Of a DNA stretch of 64,000 nucleotides, positions 1 to 8,107 are shown in pieces (the stretch's first letter is position 1; each line of letters starts with the position of its first letter). The DNA is from Sphingobium sp. GTDB lineage: Bacteria > Pseudomonadota > Alphaproteobacteria > Sphingomonadales > Sphingomonadaceae. Made by a program: the position numbers and the translations under genes. The notes beneath the pieces were generated by a model. The model made no database searches. It was given only the letters and a program-made list of their open reading frames with translations, and was not told the origin of the DNA. The stretch is taken from assembly GCA_020446425.1 (NCBI GenBank), contig JAGRES010000011.1, forward strand, positions 9,484 through 73,483, in the 5' to 3' direction.

Positions 1-506
1 TCATTCAGCATCGCATAGGCGCCATAGCCTATTTCTTCGGCAGGCTGTGCGATCATAACCAGCGTGCCGGACCACTGGCCTTTCATTGCGGCCATGCGTC
101 GTGCCGTGCCGATCCAGCTTGTCATGTGGACATCATGACCACAGGCGTGCATCACGCCCTTCTCGACGCTGGCATAGGGCACGCCCGTTGCCTCGGTTAC
201 CGGCAGGCCGTCCATATCAGCGCGGATCAGCAGGGTTTGACCAGGGCCGTTTTTCATCACGGCAACGACGCCCGTGCCGCCCACGCCGGTCGTTACCTGA
301 TAACCCAGCGCCTTCATTTCTCTGGCGAGCAGGGCGGCGGTCTTGACCTCCTTGTTGCTCAGCTCCGGGTGCATGTGCAGCTGTTTGTAGAGCGCTACCA
401 GCGAGGCCTTGTCGGCCTGCACTGCGTCGCGCAGAGCGTCGGCATGCGCCGGGGCGGGAAGGGCCAGGGCAAGGCTGGCGGCGATCAGGGCAAGGGTCTG
501 TTTCAT
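1..506 (-). CDS. M20 family amidohydrolase (aminoacylase/hippurate-hydrolase-like), N-terminal part; gene runs off the left edge
   Basis: Own minus-strand translation from the ATG at complement of 504-506 gives MKQTLALIAASLALALPAPAHA (signal peptide), then LYKQLHMHPELSNKE, LLIRADMDGLPV and MHACGHDVHM, the metal-ligand motifs of M20D enzymes. It is absent from the ORF track because no stop lies in the window. Confidence 0.8.
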   Translation of the reverse strand, partial: MKQTLALIAASLALALPAPAHADALRDAVQADKASLVALYKQLHMHPELSNKEVKTAALLAREMKALGYQVTTGVGGTGVVAVMKNGPGQTLLIRADMDGLPVTEATGVPYASVEKGVMHACGHDVHMTSWIGTARRMAAMKGQWSGTLVMIAQPAEEIGYGAYAMLN

Positions 507-653
507 GGCGTCAGGCTAATCCGCGCTTTCCATGCGTCAACCCCGCTGCCATGTGTGGCGCCTTATATGACGTATGAGATATGCTTGATTATTGGTCCGC
601 CTGCCGCTAAGGCGCGTCTCTCCCTGCGGCGCGCCCTATTGCGTGCTCGGCAT

Positions 654-728
654 GGCCCCTTCGTCTAGCGGTCAGGACGCGGCCCTCTCACGGCTGAAAC
701 ACGGGTTCGATTCCCGTAGGGGTCACCA
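654..728 (+). tRNA. tRNA-Glu (anticodon CUC)
   Basis: Hand-folded cloverleaf: acceptor GGCCCCT/AGGGGTC, D stem GTCT/GGAC, anticodon stem CGGCC/GGCTG with loop CT-CTC-AC, T arm CGGGTTCGATTCCCG, discriminator A and an encoded CCA. Confidence 0.9.
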
Positions 729-965
729 GCTTTTCCGCTCGAGCTGCCGTGCTTCATGAGGCGCTGATCCCGGTTGTGCTGTCTCTACTTAAAGTCCATC
801 ATACATGCAGTCGCGGCATTGCCAGTTGTCGTGTCTGCATTTGGCCTTATTGGCACGATCCGCTATAGGGAGCCCGCCATATTCATGCCGTTCTTAGAGT
901 TCTATATGCTTTATCGCAGCCGGGTGGCCGCGAGTTGAATTGATGGCTGGAATTTGGAGCCAATA

Positions 966-2360
966 ATGACTGCGCTGATCCTCGCACGAATGCAATTCGC
1001 CTTCACAGTAAGTTTTCACTTCCTCTTTCCGGCCTTCACCATCGGCCTCGCTAGCTATCTCGCCGTCCTCGAGGGTTTATGGCTCAAGACCGGCAAGGGC
1101 GTGTATGCGAATCTATTCCGCTATTGGGTGAAGATATTCGCCGTGGTATTCGCTATGGGCGTAGTGTCCGGCATCGTCATGTCCTATCAGTTTGGTACCA
1201 ACTGGTCGGTTTTTTCCGACAAGGCTGGACCGGTTATCGGCCCGCTAATGGCATATGAAGTGCTGACAGCCTTCTTTCTAGAGGCAGGCTTCCTTGGCGT
1301 GATGCTGTTCGGTATCAACAAGGTCGGACGCAGACTGCATTTCGCAGCGACGCTGGCAGTGGCGGTCGGTACTTTCATCTCGGCTTTCTGGATATTGTCG
1401 GTCAACAGCTGGATGCAGACCCCCGCAGGATATGAGACAAGCGCGAACGGCCAGTTCCTACCCGGCCCAAGCTGGATGGCGATCATTTTCAATCCCAGTT
1501 TTCCCTATCGCCTCGTGCATACCGTGCTGGCGGCTTATCTGACGACGGCTTTCGTGGTCGGCGGCGTAGGGGCGTCGCATCTGCTCAAGGACCGCACCAA
1601 CCCCGGCGCGCGCGCAATGTTTTCGATGGCGATGTGGATGGCGGCAATCGTGGCGCCGGTGCAGATTTTCGCGGGCGATATGCATGGCCTCAACACACTG
1701 GAGCATCAGCCGGTCAAGGTGATGGCGATGGAAGGCCATTATGACAGCCATCCGGACGGCGCGCCGCTGATATTGTTCGGTGTTCCCAACAGTGCGGAGA
1801 AGCGCGTCGATTATGCAGTTGAAATTCCAAAGGCTTCGTCGCTGATCCTAAAGCATGACCTGGATGCGCCGCTCAAGGGGCTAGACAGCGTGCCCGATGA
1901 GGATGAACCGCCCGTCGGGATCGTCTTCTGGGCGTTTCGCATCATGGTAGGCCTTGGCTTCGCGATGTTTGGTCTCGGGCTGTGGAGCCTCGTCGCGCGG
2001 TGGCGAAAGGGGTTATATGACTGGCCCTGGCTGCATCATGCGGCGGTGGCGATGGGGCCCGCCGGTTTCATCGCGGTGCTCGCAGGGTGGGTCGTGACCG
2101 AGGTTGGACGCCAGCCCTTTACCATTTATGGCCTGCTGCGCACCGTCGACAGCGCTTCGCCACTCGATGCCCCCGCAGTCGGAGCTTCGCTCTTGGCCTT
2201 CGTCATTGTCTATTTCACCGTATTTGGCGCAGGTATCTGGTATTTGCTTCATCTGATGAAGAAACCACCCGAGCCGCATGAGGCTGGCCTCGACGGCACA
2301 CCCATACGATCCGCCGGTGTCACTCCGATCGCTGCCGTCATAAAGGGAGATACGCCATGA
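966..2360 (+). CDS. cydA: cytochrome bd-type (cyanide-insensitive CioA-like) ubiquinol oxidase subunit I
   Basis: Translation MTALILARMQFAFTVSFHFLFPAFTIGLASYL is a typical CydA N-terminus. At about 464 aa it has the short Q-loop form. Start moved to ATG 966, since the track ORF begins at an alternative start at 954. The stop overlaps the cydB start. Confidence 0.9.
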   Translation: MTALILARMQFAFTVSFHFLFPAFTIGLASYLAVLEGLWLKTGKGVYANLFRYWVKIFAVVFAMGVVSGIVMSYQFGTNWSVFSDKAGPVIGPLMAYEVLTAFFLEAGFLGVMLFGINKVGRRLHFAATLAVAVGTFISAFWILSVNSWMQTPAGYETSANGQFLPGPSWMAIIFNPSFPYRLVHTVLAAYLTTAFVVGGVGASHLLKDRTNPGARAMFSMAMWMAAIVAPVQIFAGDMHGLNTLEHQPVKVMAMEGHYDSHPDGAPLILFGVPNSAEKRVDYAVEIPKASSLILKHDLDAPLKGLDSVPDEDEPPVGIVFWAFRIMVGLGFAMFGLGLWSLVARWRKGLYDWPWLHHAAVAMGPAGFIAVLAGWVVTEVGRQPFTIYGLLRTVDSASPLDAPAVGASLLAFVIVYFTVFGAGIWYLLHLMKKPPEPHEAGLDGTPIRSAGVTPIAAVIKGDTP

Positions 2361-3355
2361 TCGATCTGACTATCATCTGGGCGTTTATCATTGCTTTTGC
2401 CATTGCCGCCTATGTTGTGATGGATGGGTTTGACCTCGGTATCGGCATCCTCTTCCCTAGGTTCAAAGTTGGCTCGGAGCGCGACGCTGCAATGAACAGT
2501 ATCGCGCCAGTGTGGGACGGCAACGAAACATGGTTGGTGCTGGGCGGCGGCGGTCTGATGGCCGCCTTCCCGCTCGCTTATGCGGTAATCCTGCCCGCGC
2601 TTTATGCACCGCTCATCGTGATGCTGCTGGGGCTGGTGTTGCGCGGTGTCGCCTTCGAGTTCCGATGGCGCGACTCGGCGCATCGGTCGTTCTGGGACAT
2701 GGCCTTTTCGCTGGGCTCCAGCATCGCCGCCTTGGCGCAGGGAGTGACTCTGGGCGCGTTGCTGCAAGGCATAACGGTTGAGGCGCGCGCCTATGCGGGT
2801 GGCTGGTGGGAATGGCTCTCGCCTTTTAGCCTGCTCACCGGCTTTGGACTGATGACCGGCTATGCGTTGCTCGGCTCCTGCTGGCTCATATGGAAAACCG
2901 AGGGGCCTCTGCAGCGGCAAGCCACAGTTTATGCAGGTAGGCTGGGCATCGTGTTGCTCCTCGTCATCATGGCGGTCAGCCTGGCGACATTGACTCTGGA
3001 AGCCCAATATTATCAGCGCTGGATCGAGTATCCCGGCATCATCGCCACCGCCCCGGTTCCGTTCGCGACGGTACTGGTGACCGGGCTTTTTTATCGCAGC
3101 CTGTCACGCGGCAAGGAACTTGCACCCTTCCTTTATGCACTTGCTCTTTTCGGGCTGTGCCTAGTGGGCCTTGGCATCTCCATCTGGCCCGATGTCATTC
3201 CGGCGCGCGTTTCCATCTGGGAAGCGGCGGCACCGCCGCGCAGCCAGCTTTTCATGCTGGTCGGCGCCGTCATCATGGTGCCAATCATATTGGTCTATAC
3301 CGCCTGGGCCTATTGGGTGTTTCGCGGCAAGGTCGGTCATGAAGGATATCATTGA
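2357..3355 (+). CDS. cydB: cytochrome bd-type ubiquinol oxidase subunit II
   Basis: MIDLTIIWAFIIAFAIAAYVVMDGFDLGIGIL and WDGNETWLV are CydB signatures. ATGA overlap with cydA. Confidence 0.9.
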   Translation: MIDLTIIWAFIIAFAIAAYVVMDGFDLGIGILFPRFKVGSERDAAMNSIAPVWDGNETWLVLGGGGLMAAFPLAYAVILPALYAPLIVMLLGLVLRGVAFEFRWRDSAHRSFWDMAFSLGSSIAALAQGVTLGALLQGITVEARAYAGGWWEWLSPFSLLTGFGLMTGYALLGSCWLIWKTEGPLQRQATVYAGRLGIVLLLVIMAVSLATLTLEAQYYQRWIEYPGIIATAPVPFATVLVTGLFYRSLSRGKELAPFLYALALFGLCLVGLGISIWPDVIPARVSIWEAAAPPRSQLFMLVGAVIMVPIILVYTAWAYWVFRGKVGHEGYH

Positions 3356-3459
3356 TGGCCAGATCAATGCGAAAATTAGGCTGGTTTTTCGGCATATGGG
3401 TGGCGAGCGTCGCAACCCTCGGCTTCGTCGCCTTTCTGATCAGGGAAGCGATCAAATGA
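3355..3459 (+). CDS. small membrane protein, DUF2474-like accessory ORF of cioAB (34 aa)
   Basis: Own translation MARSMRKLGWFFGIWVASVATLGFVAFLIREAIK: one TM helix, and the ATG shares its A with the cydB TGA (TGATG). Position and size match the small ORFs found after cioB. It is below the ORF-track size cutoff. Confidence 0.55.
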   Translation: MARSMRKLGWFFGIWVASVATLGFVAFLIREAIK

Positions 3460-3511
3460 TATCGGTTGATGTCGTTGCACGGCTGACCATGCTGTAACCG
3501 GCAAATGCAGG

Positions 3512-3544
3512 ATGAGCCGCCCCCGGAAGACCGGTACGGCTCAT
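3512..3544. terminator. hairpin between convergent genes (possible bidirectional terminator)
   Basis: ATGAGCCG (3512-3519) pairs with CGGCTCAT (3537-3544). The loop contains CCGG-aaga-CCGG. No strong T tract. Confidence 0.4.
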
Positions 3545-3562
3545 GCAATGCCGACCCTGATC

Positions 3563-3715
3563 CTAGGCTGCGTGCTTGTGCTCCGCGATCATCTGTTGCA
3601 GCACGACGATACGGCGGCGCTCCGCGCTCCAGTCATGCGAGGGGCGGGCGCGGATATTGTCCAGCAAGGTGCGCAGTTCCTTCTTGCGGTCGTCAATCGT
3701 GACAGGGGTTGTCAT
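3563..3715 (-). CDS. hypothetical small protein (50 aa)
   Basis: Own translation MTTPVTIDDRKKELRTLLDNIRARPSHDWSAERRRIVVLQQMIAEHKHAA. GGAGAG Shine-Dalgarno 6 nt upstream of the ATG. Codon usage looks native. Confidence 0.45.
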   Translation of the reverse strand: MTTPVTIDDRKKELRTLLDNIRARPSHDWSAERRRIVVLQQMIAEHKHAA

Positions 3716-3792
3716 GATGTTCTCTCCTGTTTGTTTTCTATGGGCGCATCATAACGGAAAAAGGCGCGAATTTCCAGTTCGGGCCGTGTGGA

Positions 3793-4818
3793 TTACAGCC
3801 ATTTCCATTTGCGGAACAGCCAGAGCTGCAGCACCAGCAATATGATGAGCGCGCCCACGGTGATCCAGAAAGCATCGCCGGATTCCACGCCGGGCATGCC
3901 GCCGACATTGATGCCGAGCAGCCCGGTGATGAAGCTGAGTGGCAGGAAGATCGCCGCGACGATGGAGAGCATATACATGGTATGGTCGGCATGGGCAGCG
4001 GCGCGGCTGTCCAGCTCGTCCTGTAACACGATGACGCTTTCCTTGGAAACGTCGATATCCTCCAGATAGCGGCTCAGCCGGTCGATCGTTTCGCGGATAT
4101 CGGCGCGGTTGGTCTTGGAAAGCCAGTCGGGCGCGTCGCGGCCGATCTGGAGAAGCGCTTCGTGCTGCGGCGACATATAGCGTTTCAGGCGCAGGCAATC
4201 GCGCCGGATGCCGCCGATACGATCGAGTATGTCGCGGACCTTGCCCTTTTCCATCTTCTTTTCGAGCGCGTCGATCTCGTCATTGGTGGCAAGGATAGAC
4301 AGGTTGATCTTGGACACGAGCTGCTCGACCAGCTCGGTCACCAGATCGCCCGCATTGCACGGCCCCATGCCATGTTCCAGCGTGGTGAGCACGTCGCGTG
4401 GGGTTTGCAGGCGGCGGCGGCGCAGCGTGACGACGCGCTCGCCGTCGCTCCATATCTGCAGCGCGATCATGTCCTCCATGTCGGAGCCGGGGTTGAGGTT
4501 GATGCCGCGCAGGATCGCGACGAGCGAATCGTCCTCGCGGAAGGCGCGCGGGCGGGTCTCGTGGCTGACCAGCACGTCGGCGGTGGCGTCGCCCAGATCG
4601 AGGCCGTCATGCAGCCAGTCGCTCACCGCATCGACGCGGCGGTCGAGATGCAGCCACAGCGTTTCGGAAGAACCTTCCGGCCGCCGCCAGCGCTCCGCCT
4701 CCGTCCAGCCTATCGGTCGCGCGCCGCCCTGCCCATCGAGCAGCCGCGCGAAGATGACGCCGTGCGCGGGGTCCTCGTCAGGCTCATGAGCGGAAGGGGG
4801 CGGGGCGGGCGTGGTCAT
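3793..4818 (-). CDS. zntB: CorA-family divalent cation transporter, ZntB-like
   Basis: 341 aa with two C-terminal TM helices. The loop motif GLLGINVGGMPG resembles the ZntB GVNxGGxPG motif rather than CorA YGMNF. Confidence 0.7.
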   Translation of the reverse strand: MTTPAPPPSAHEPDEDPAHGVIFARLLDGQGGARPIGWTEAERWRRPEGSSETLWLHLDRRVDAVSDWLHDGLDLGDATADVLVSHETRPRAFREDDSLVAILRGINLNPGSDMEDMIALQIWSDGERVVTLRRRRLQTPRDVLTTLEHGMGPCNAGDLVTELVEQLVSKINLSILATNDEIDALEKKMEKGKVRDILDRIGGIRRDCLRLKRYMSPQHEALLQIGRDAPDWLSKTNRADIRETIDRLSRYLEDIDVSKESVIVLQDELDSRAAAHADHTMYMLSIVAAIFLPLSFITGLLGINVGGMPGVESGDAFWITVGALIILLVLQLWLFRKWKWL

Positions 4819-4954
4819 GAGGGCAGGTTAAGCGAGCATGGCCAAGGAGGCAAATGGATCGCGCACAAGGCCGCAAAACGGGTGTCCTATGCCTGTTGGA
4901 AAGGCGGCGCGAGCCCATGCCCGCACCGCCTGCTGTGTTTGAGTAGCGTATGGC

Positions 4955-5389
4955 TCAGCGGCAGACCACTTCGCCGCGGTCGATCGCGCGGCCCAGCAAG
5001 GCGCCCGCGCCCGCGCCCAATATCGTGCCCAGCGTCTTCGAATCGCCCTGTGCGACCTGATTGCCGATCACGCCGCCGACAGCGGCGCCGATGATCAGGC
5101 CGGTCGTGCCGTCGGAGCGCTTGCAATAATAGCGGTCGTCCGAACCGCGATAGATGCGCGTCGCGCGGGTGACGCGGATCGGCGCATAGCCGCTGCGATA
5201 ATGGCGGTTAGCGTAATAGCGGTCATGGTCGCCATGCTTCCAATGGCCTTCGCCCTTGCCCTTCCAGTGGCCCTTGCCACGTTCCTGCGCATGGCGCGGG
5301 GGATCGGCGAGCGCAGGCGCGGTGGTGGCGGTGAGCGCCACTGCACTCAGCGACAGCGCGGCCATCGTGCCGGTCAGAAACTGTTTCAT
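4955..5389 (-). CDS. glycine-zipper 2TM / 17-kDa-surface-antigen-like secreted protein
   Basis: MKQFLTGTMAALSLSAVALTATTAPALA signal peptide and a C-terminal GLIIGAAVGGVIGNQV...GTILGAGAGALLG glycine zipper. Start set at ATG 5389, with GGAGGA 6 nt upstream. Confidence 0.7.
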   Translation of the reverse strand: MKQFLTGTMAALSLSAVALTATTAPALADPPRHAQERGKGHWKGKGEGHWKHGDHDRYYANRHYRSGYAPIRVTRATRIYRGSDDRYYCKRSDGTTGLIIGAAVGGVIGNQVAQGDSKTLGTILGAGAGALLGRAIDRGEVVCR

Positions 5390-5541
5390 TGTCATCCTCC
5401 TCGATGAAATCTGCGACGTATAAAACGAGAATTCGGGCCGGGAGGTTGCATGAACAGAAAATAACAAAATGTTAATGGGGGAGGGGCAGCGGTACCACTA
5501 CATGCTTGTAGAATACTACATACGCGCGCATATTGTTTGCG

Positions 5542-5715
5542 ATGAAACCGAACCAGCCCTTGACCGAAAAGCTGAATGAAGCAGGCGGCACGCCTGAGCG
5601 TGGCTATGACGCATGGAAGCGCGCCAAGGTCGAAAAGGGTCTGGAGCAGTCAAAGAACCGGGATGCGATGATCCCGGTTTCGAGGATTTTGCGCGACTTC
5701 GGCCTTGAACGTTAA
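5542..5715 (+). CDS. type II antitoxin (stability-determinant type, partner of ParE/RelE toxin)
   Basis: 57 aa. GYDAWKRAKVEKGLEQSKNRDAMIPVSRIL resembles the YDxWFRAKV...IPH pattern of small antitoxins. Overlaps the toxin gene by 11 nt. Confidence 0.65.
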   Translation: MKPNQPLTEKLNEAGGTPERGYDAWKRAKVEKGLEQSKNRDAMIPVSRILRDFGLER

Positions 5716-5992
5716 TTTCACGCCACAAGCCAAGGATGATCTGGAAGCGATCCACGACTGGATTGCCGAAGATGATCCGCGTGCGGCCGATAATGTTGTC
5801 GCGCGGATTGCTCAGACGGCTATGATGTTCGGGCAGTTTCCGATGTTGGGCAGGGCCGGGATCGTCGAGGATACACGGGAGTTTTCCGTGGTCGGCTTGC
5901 CCTATCTCATTGTGTATCGGATCGCGTCAGAAACGGAAGTCGATGTGCTGACCGTGGTGCATACTAGAAGGAAATATCCGCCAGAGAGGTGA
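5705..5992 (+). CDS. parE: type II toxin, RelE/ParE family
   Basis: 95 aa. NFTPQAKDDLEAIHDWIAEDDPRAADNVVARI...VDVLTVVHTRRKYP is typical ParE. TTG start overlaps the antitoxin. Confidence 0.8.
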   Translation: MNVNFTPQAKDDLEAIHDWIAEDDPRAADNVVARIAQTAMMFGQFPMLGRAGIVEDTREFSVVGLPYLIVYRIASETEVDVLTVVHTRRKYPPER

Positions 5993-5993
5993 T

Positions 5994-6140
5994 GTGCTGT
6001 TGGTCGAGAAACTCGGTCGCAACGACCCATGCCTATGCGGTTCGGGGAAGAGATTTCAAGCGGTGCTGTATGCGCTTTGGCCGGTTTCGATGGGTCTGAG
6101 AGGGGGTGAATGGTGGCGGCGAAGAAATTTATCTACATAG
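5994..6140 (+). pseudogene. degenerate SEC-C metal-binding motif remnant
   Basis: The frame reads VLLVEKLGRNDPCLCGSGKRFQAVL. Removing one C after AGATTT would restore GRNDPCLCGSGKRFKRCC, the canonical SEC-C CxCGSGKKxKxCC motif. The ORF then runs into the AT-rich islet. Confidence 0.35.
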
Positions 6141-6166
6141 ATAAGAGAAAATCATTGTTAATTAAA

Positions 6167-6346
6167 TTAATATGGTCCGTTTAAAACCTTACTGTATATA
6201 AAAGACCCTGCTATAGTTAAAAAAAGTCCAACCAAACCTCCCCAAAAAAGATTTTTTCTTAGCTCTTTTATGGAGTTATAACGGTTTATTTCTTTTCCCC
6301 AACAAAATATATTCGTTGGGTAAAGAAAATCAACTAATGTTGTCAT
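6167..6346 (-). CDS. hypothetical small membrane protein (59 aa)
   Basis: Own translation MTTLVDFLYPTNIFCWGKEINRYNSIKELRKNLFWGGLVGLFLTIAGSFIYSKVLNGPY with a C-terminal TM helix. Lies 66 nt downstream of the 185-aa ORF on the same strand. No clear SD. Confidence 0.3.
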   Translation of the reverse strand: MTTLVDFLYPTNIFCWGKEINRYNSIKELRKNLFWGGLVGLFLTIAGSFIYSKVLNGPY

Positions 6347-6412
6347 CGCTATTGCTGCTATTATTAGTGTAAATACTACTATTATTGGAATATATTCTAC
6401 AAAATCTGGTCG

Positions 6413-6970
6413 TTACCCCATATGCTCGATAATATATTCTAATTTTTGATCTGTGTTCATGCTCTGTGTTTGTACTTTTGGTGGTCGGGATTGTGCTCTC
6501 TGCCAAGAAACCACTATTACTGAAATAAAAATAATCAATGTCATGATAGCTGGTAAGAAAAGACGATATTTTATTAAATTAGTTACCCAATAAAATTTCT
6601 GTATGCATATTTCGGAATTCAAGTAAGACTTTAAATCAGATGATAATAGTAAAGCTGTATCACGCTGACCGCATTCTATGGACATGCTTGTGTTGTAATC
6701 GGAAGAAAAAACAATTTCCACATTTGTATGATCGTCTTTCGCTTCGATCTCTATCTCCTTTATCCTGTCTATATTTGAATTCTCTTCTGAAATTACATCC
6801 TTCGCAGAATCATATGTTATGAGCGCATCGTCTGCTCGGTGCACATTATATATTACTTTAACTTTGTCGTTTGACTCTATTCTTTTAGTTATAATATCAT
6901 CAATTTTGAGTAAATGCTCTTCCAGAAGAAGAAATCCTCTTCCAAATTTACTTTTTACTCTGGCTTTCAT
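6413..6970 (-). CDS. hypothetical protein, soluble N-terminal domain plus C-terminal TM helix (185 aa)
   Basis: Track ORF. AT-rich codon usage. AGAGG SD about 7 nt upstream. TM segment LFLPAIMTLIIFISVIVVSW. No family recognised. Confidence 0.55.
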   Translation of the reverse strand: MKARVKSKFGRGFLLLEEHLLKIDDIITKRIESNDKVKVIYNVHRADDALITYDSAKDVISEENSNIDRIKEIEIEAKDDHTNVEIVFSSDYNTSMSIECGQRDTALLLSSDLKSYLNSEICIQKFYWVTNLIKYRLFLPAIMTLIIFISVIVVSWQRAQSRPPKVQTQSMNTDQKLEYIIEHMG

Positions 6971-7004
6971 TGATCTGCCTCTATTTATATCAAAATTAAA
7001 TTAC

Positions 7005-8057
7005 CTACTCCGCCGCGACACCCGCCTGCTTGAACATATCGTCGCCATCGTCTTCCGGTGCGGCGTCGTCGTTCGCCCTGATCTTCTTGCGCCGGTCGAA
7101 GCTGTCCCACACATCGTTCCAGTTGCCGCGTGTCGCGGCCTTGCTGTATTCGGTCGCGCGGGTCTCGAAGAAGTTGGCGTGCTCCACACCGTTCAAGAGC
7201 GGCGCGAGCCACGGCAGCGGGTGCTCGTCGATCATGTAGATCGGCTGGAAGCCGAGCTGGCCCAGGCGCCAGTCCGCGATATAGCGGATATATTTCTTGA
7301 TCTCCTTGGCCGTCATGCCCGGCACCGGCCCCATTTCGAAAGCGAGGTCGATGAACGCGTCTTCGAGGCGCACCGTCTTCTGGCAGCAGTCGATGATATC
7401 TTCCTTCACCGCCTTGGTCAGGCAGTCGCGCTCCTTGGTGAAGGCGTGGAACAGGCGGGTGATGCCCTCGCAGTGCAGGCTCTCGTCGCGCACGGACCAA
7501 CTCACAATTTGCCCCATGCCCTTCATCTTGTTGAAGCGCGGGAAGTTCATCAGCATCGCGAAGCTGGCGAAGAGCTGCATGCCCTCGGTAAAGCCGCCGA
7601 ACATGGCGAGCGTGCGGGCGATATCCTCGTCGCTGTCGACGCCGAAATTCTGCATATAATCATGCTTGTCGCGCATCTCCTGATATTCGAGGAACATGCT
7701 GTATTCGCTCTCGGGCATGCCGATGGTGTCGAGCAGGTGCGAATAAGCCGCGATGTGGATCGTCTCCATGTTGCTGAACGCCGTCAGCATCATCTTGACT
7801 TCCGTGGGCTTGAACACGCGGCCATATTTGTCGTGATAGCAGTCCTGCACCTCGACATCCGCCTGCGTGAAGAAGCGGAAGATTTGGGTGAGCAGGTTGC
7901 GCTCATGCTCGGAGAGCTTCTGCGCCCAGTCGCGGCAATCCTCGCCCAGCGGCACTTCCTCGGGCATCCAGTGCACCTGCTGCTGGCGCTTCCAATATTC
8001 ATAGGCCCAGGGATATTCGAAGGGCTTGTAGACTTTGCTGGCTTGCAGAAGGGGCAT
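7005..8057 (-). CDS. nrdB: class I ribonucleoside-diphosphate reductase, beta (R2) subunit
   Basis: 350 aa with the di-iron ligand motifs SNMETIHIAAYSH (ExxH) and VRDESLHCEG (ExxH). Sits directly downstream of the alpha subunit. Confidence 0.9.
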   Translation of the reverse strand: MPLLQASKVYKPFEYPWAYEYWKRQQQVHWMPEEVPLGEDCRDWAQKLSEHERNLLTQIFRFFTQADVEVQDCYHDKYGRVFKPTEVKMMLTAFSNMETIHIAAYSHLLDTIGMPESEYSMFLEYQEMRDKHDYMQNFGVDSDEDIARTLAMFGGFTEGMQLFASFAMLMNFPRFNKMKGMGQIVSWSVRDESLHCEGITRLFHAFTKERDCLTKAVKEDIIDCCQKTVRLEDAFIDLAFEMGPVPGMTAKEIKKYIRYIADWRLGQLGFQPIYMIDEHPLPWLAPLLNGVEHANFFETRATEYSKAATRGNWNDVWDSFDRRKKIRANDDAAPEDDGDDMFKQAGVAAE

Positions 8058-8107
8058 GGTTCTTATGTCCTGTTAAAAATGCGATCCGGTGGTGACGACG
8101 GGTGGCC

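Larger units (their letters stand above)
6141..7004. other. AT-rich islet (probable horizontally acquired insertion) downstream of nrdB
   Basis: Abrupt, visible drop in GC relative to both flanks. AATTAAATTA occurs at 6160-6169 and 6994-7003. Contains two orphan ORFs on the minus strand. Confidence 0.5.
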
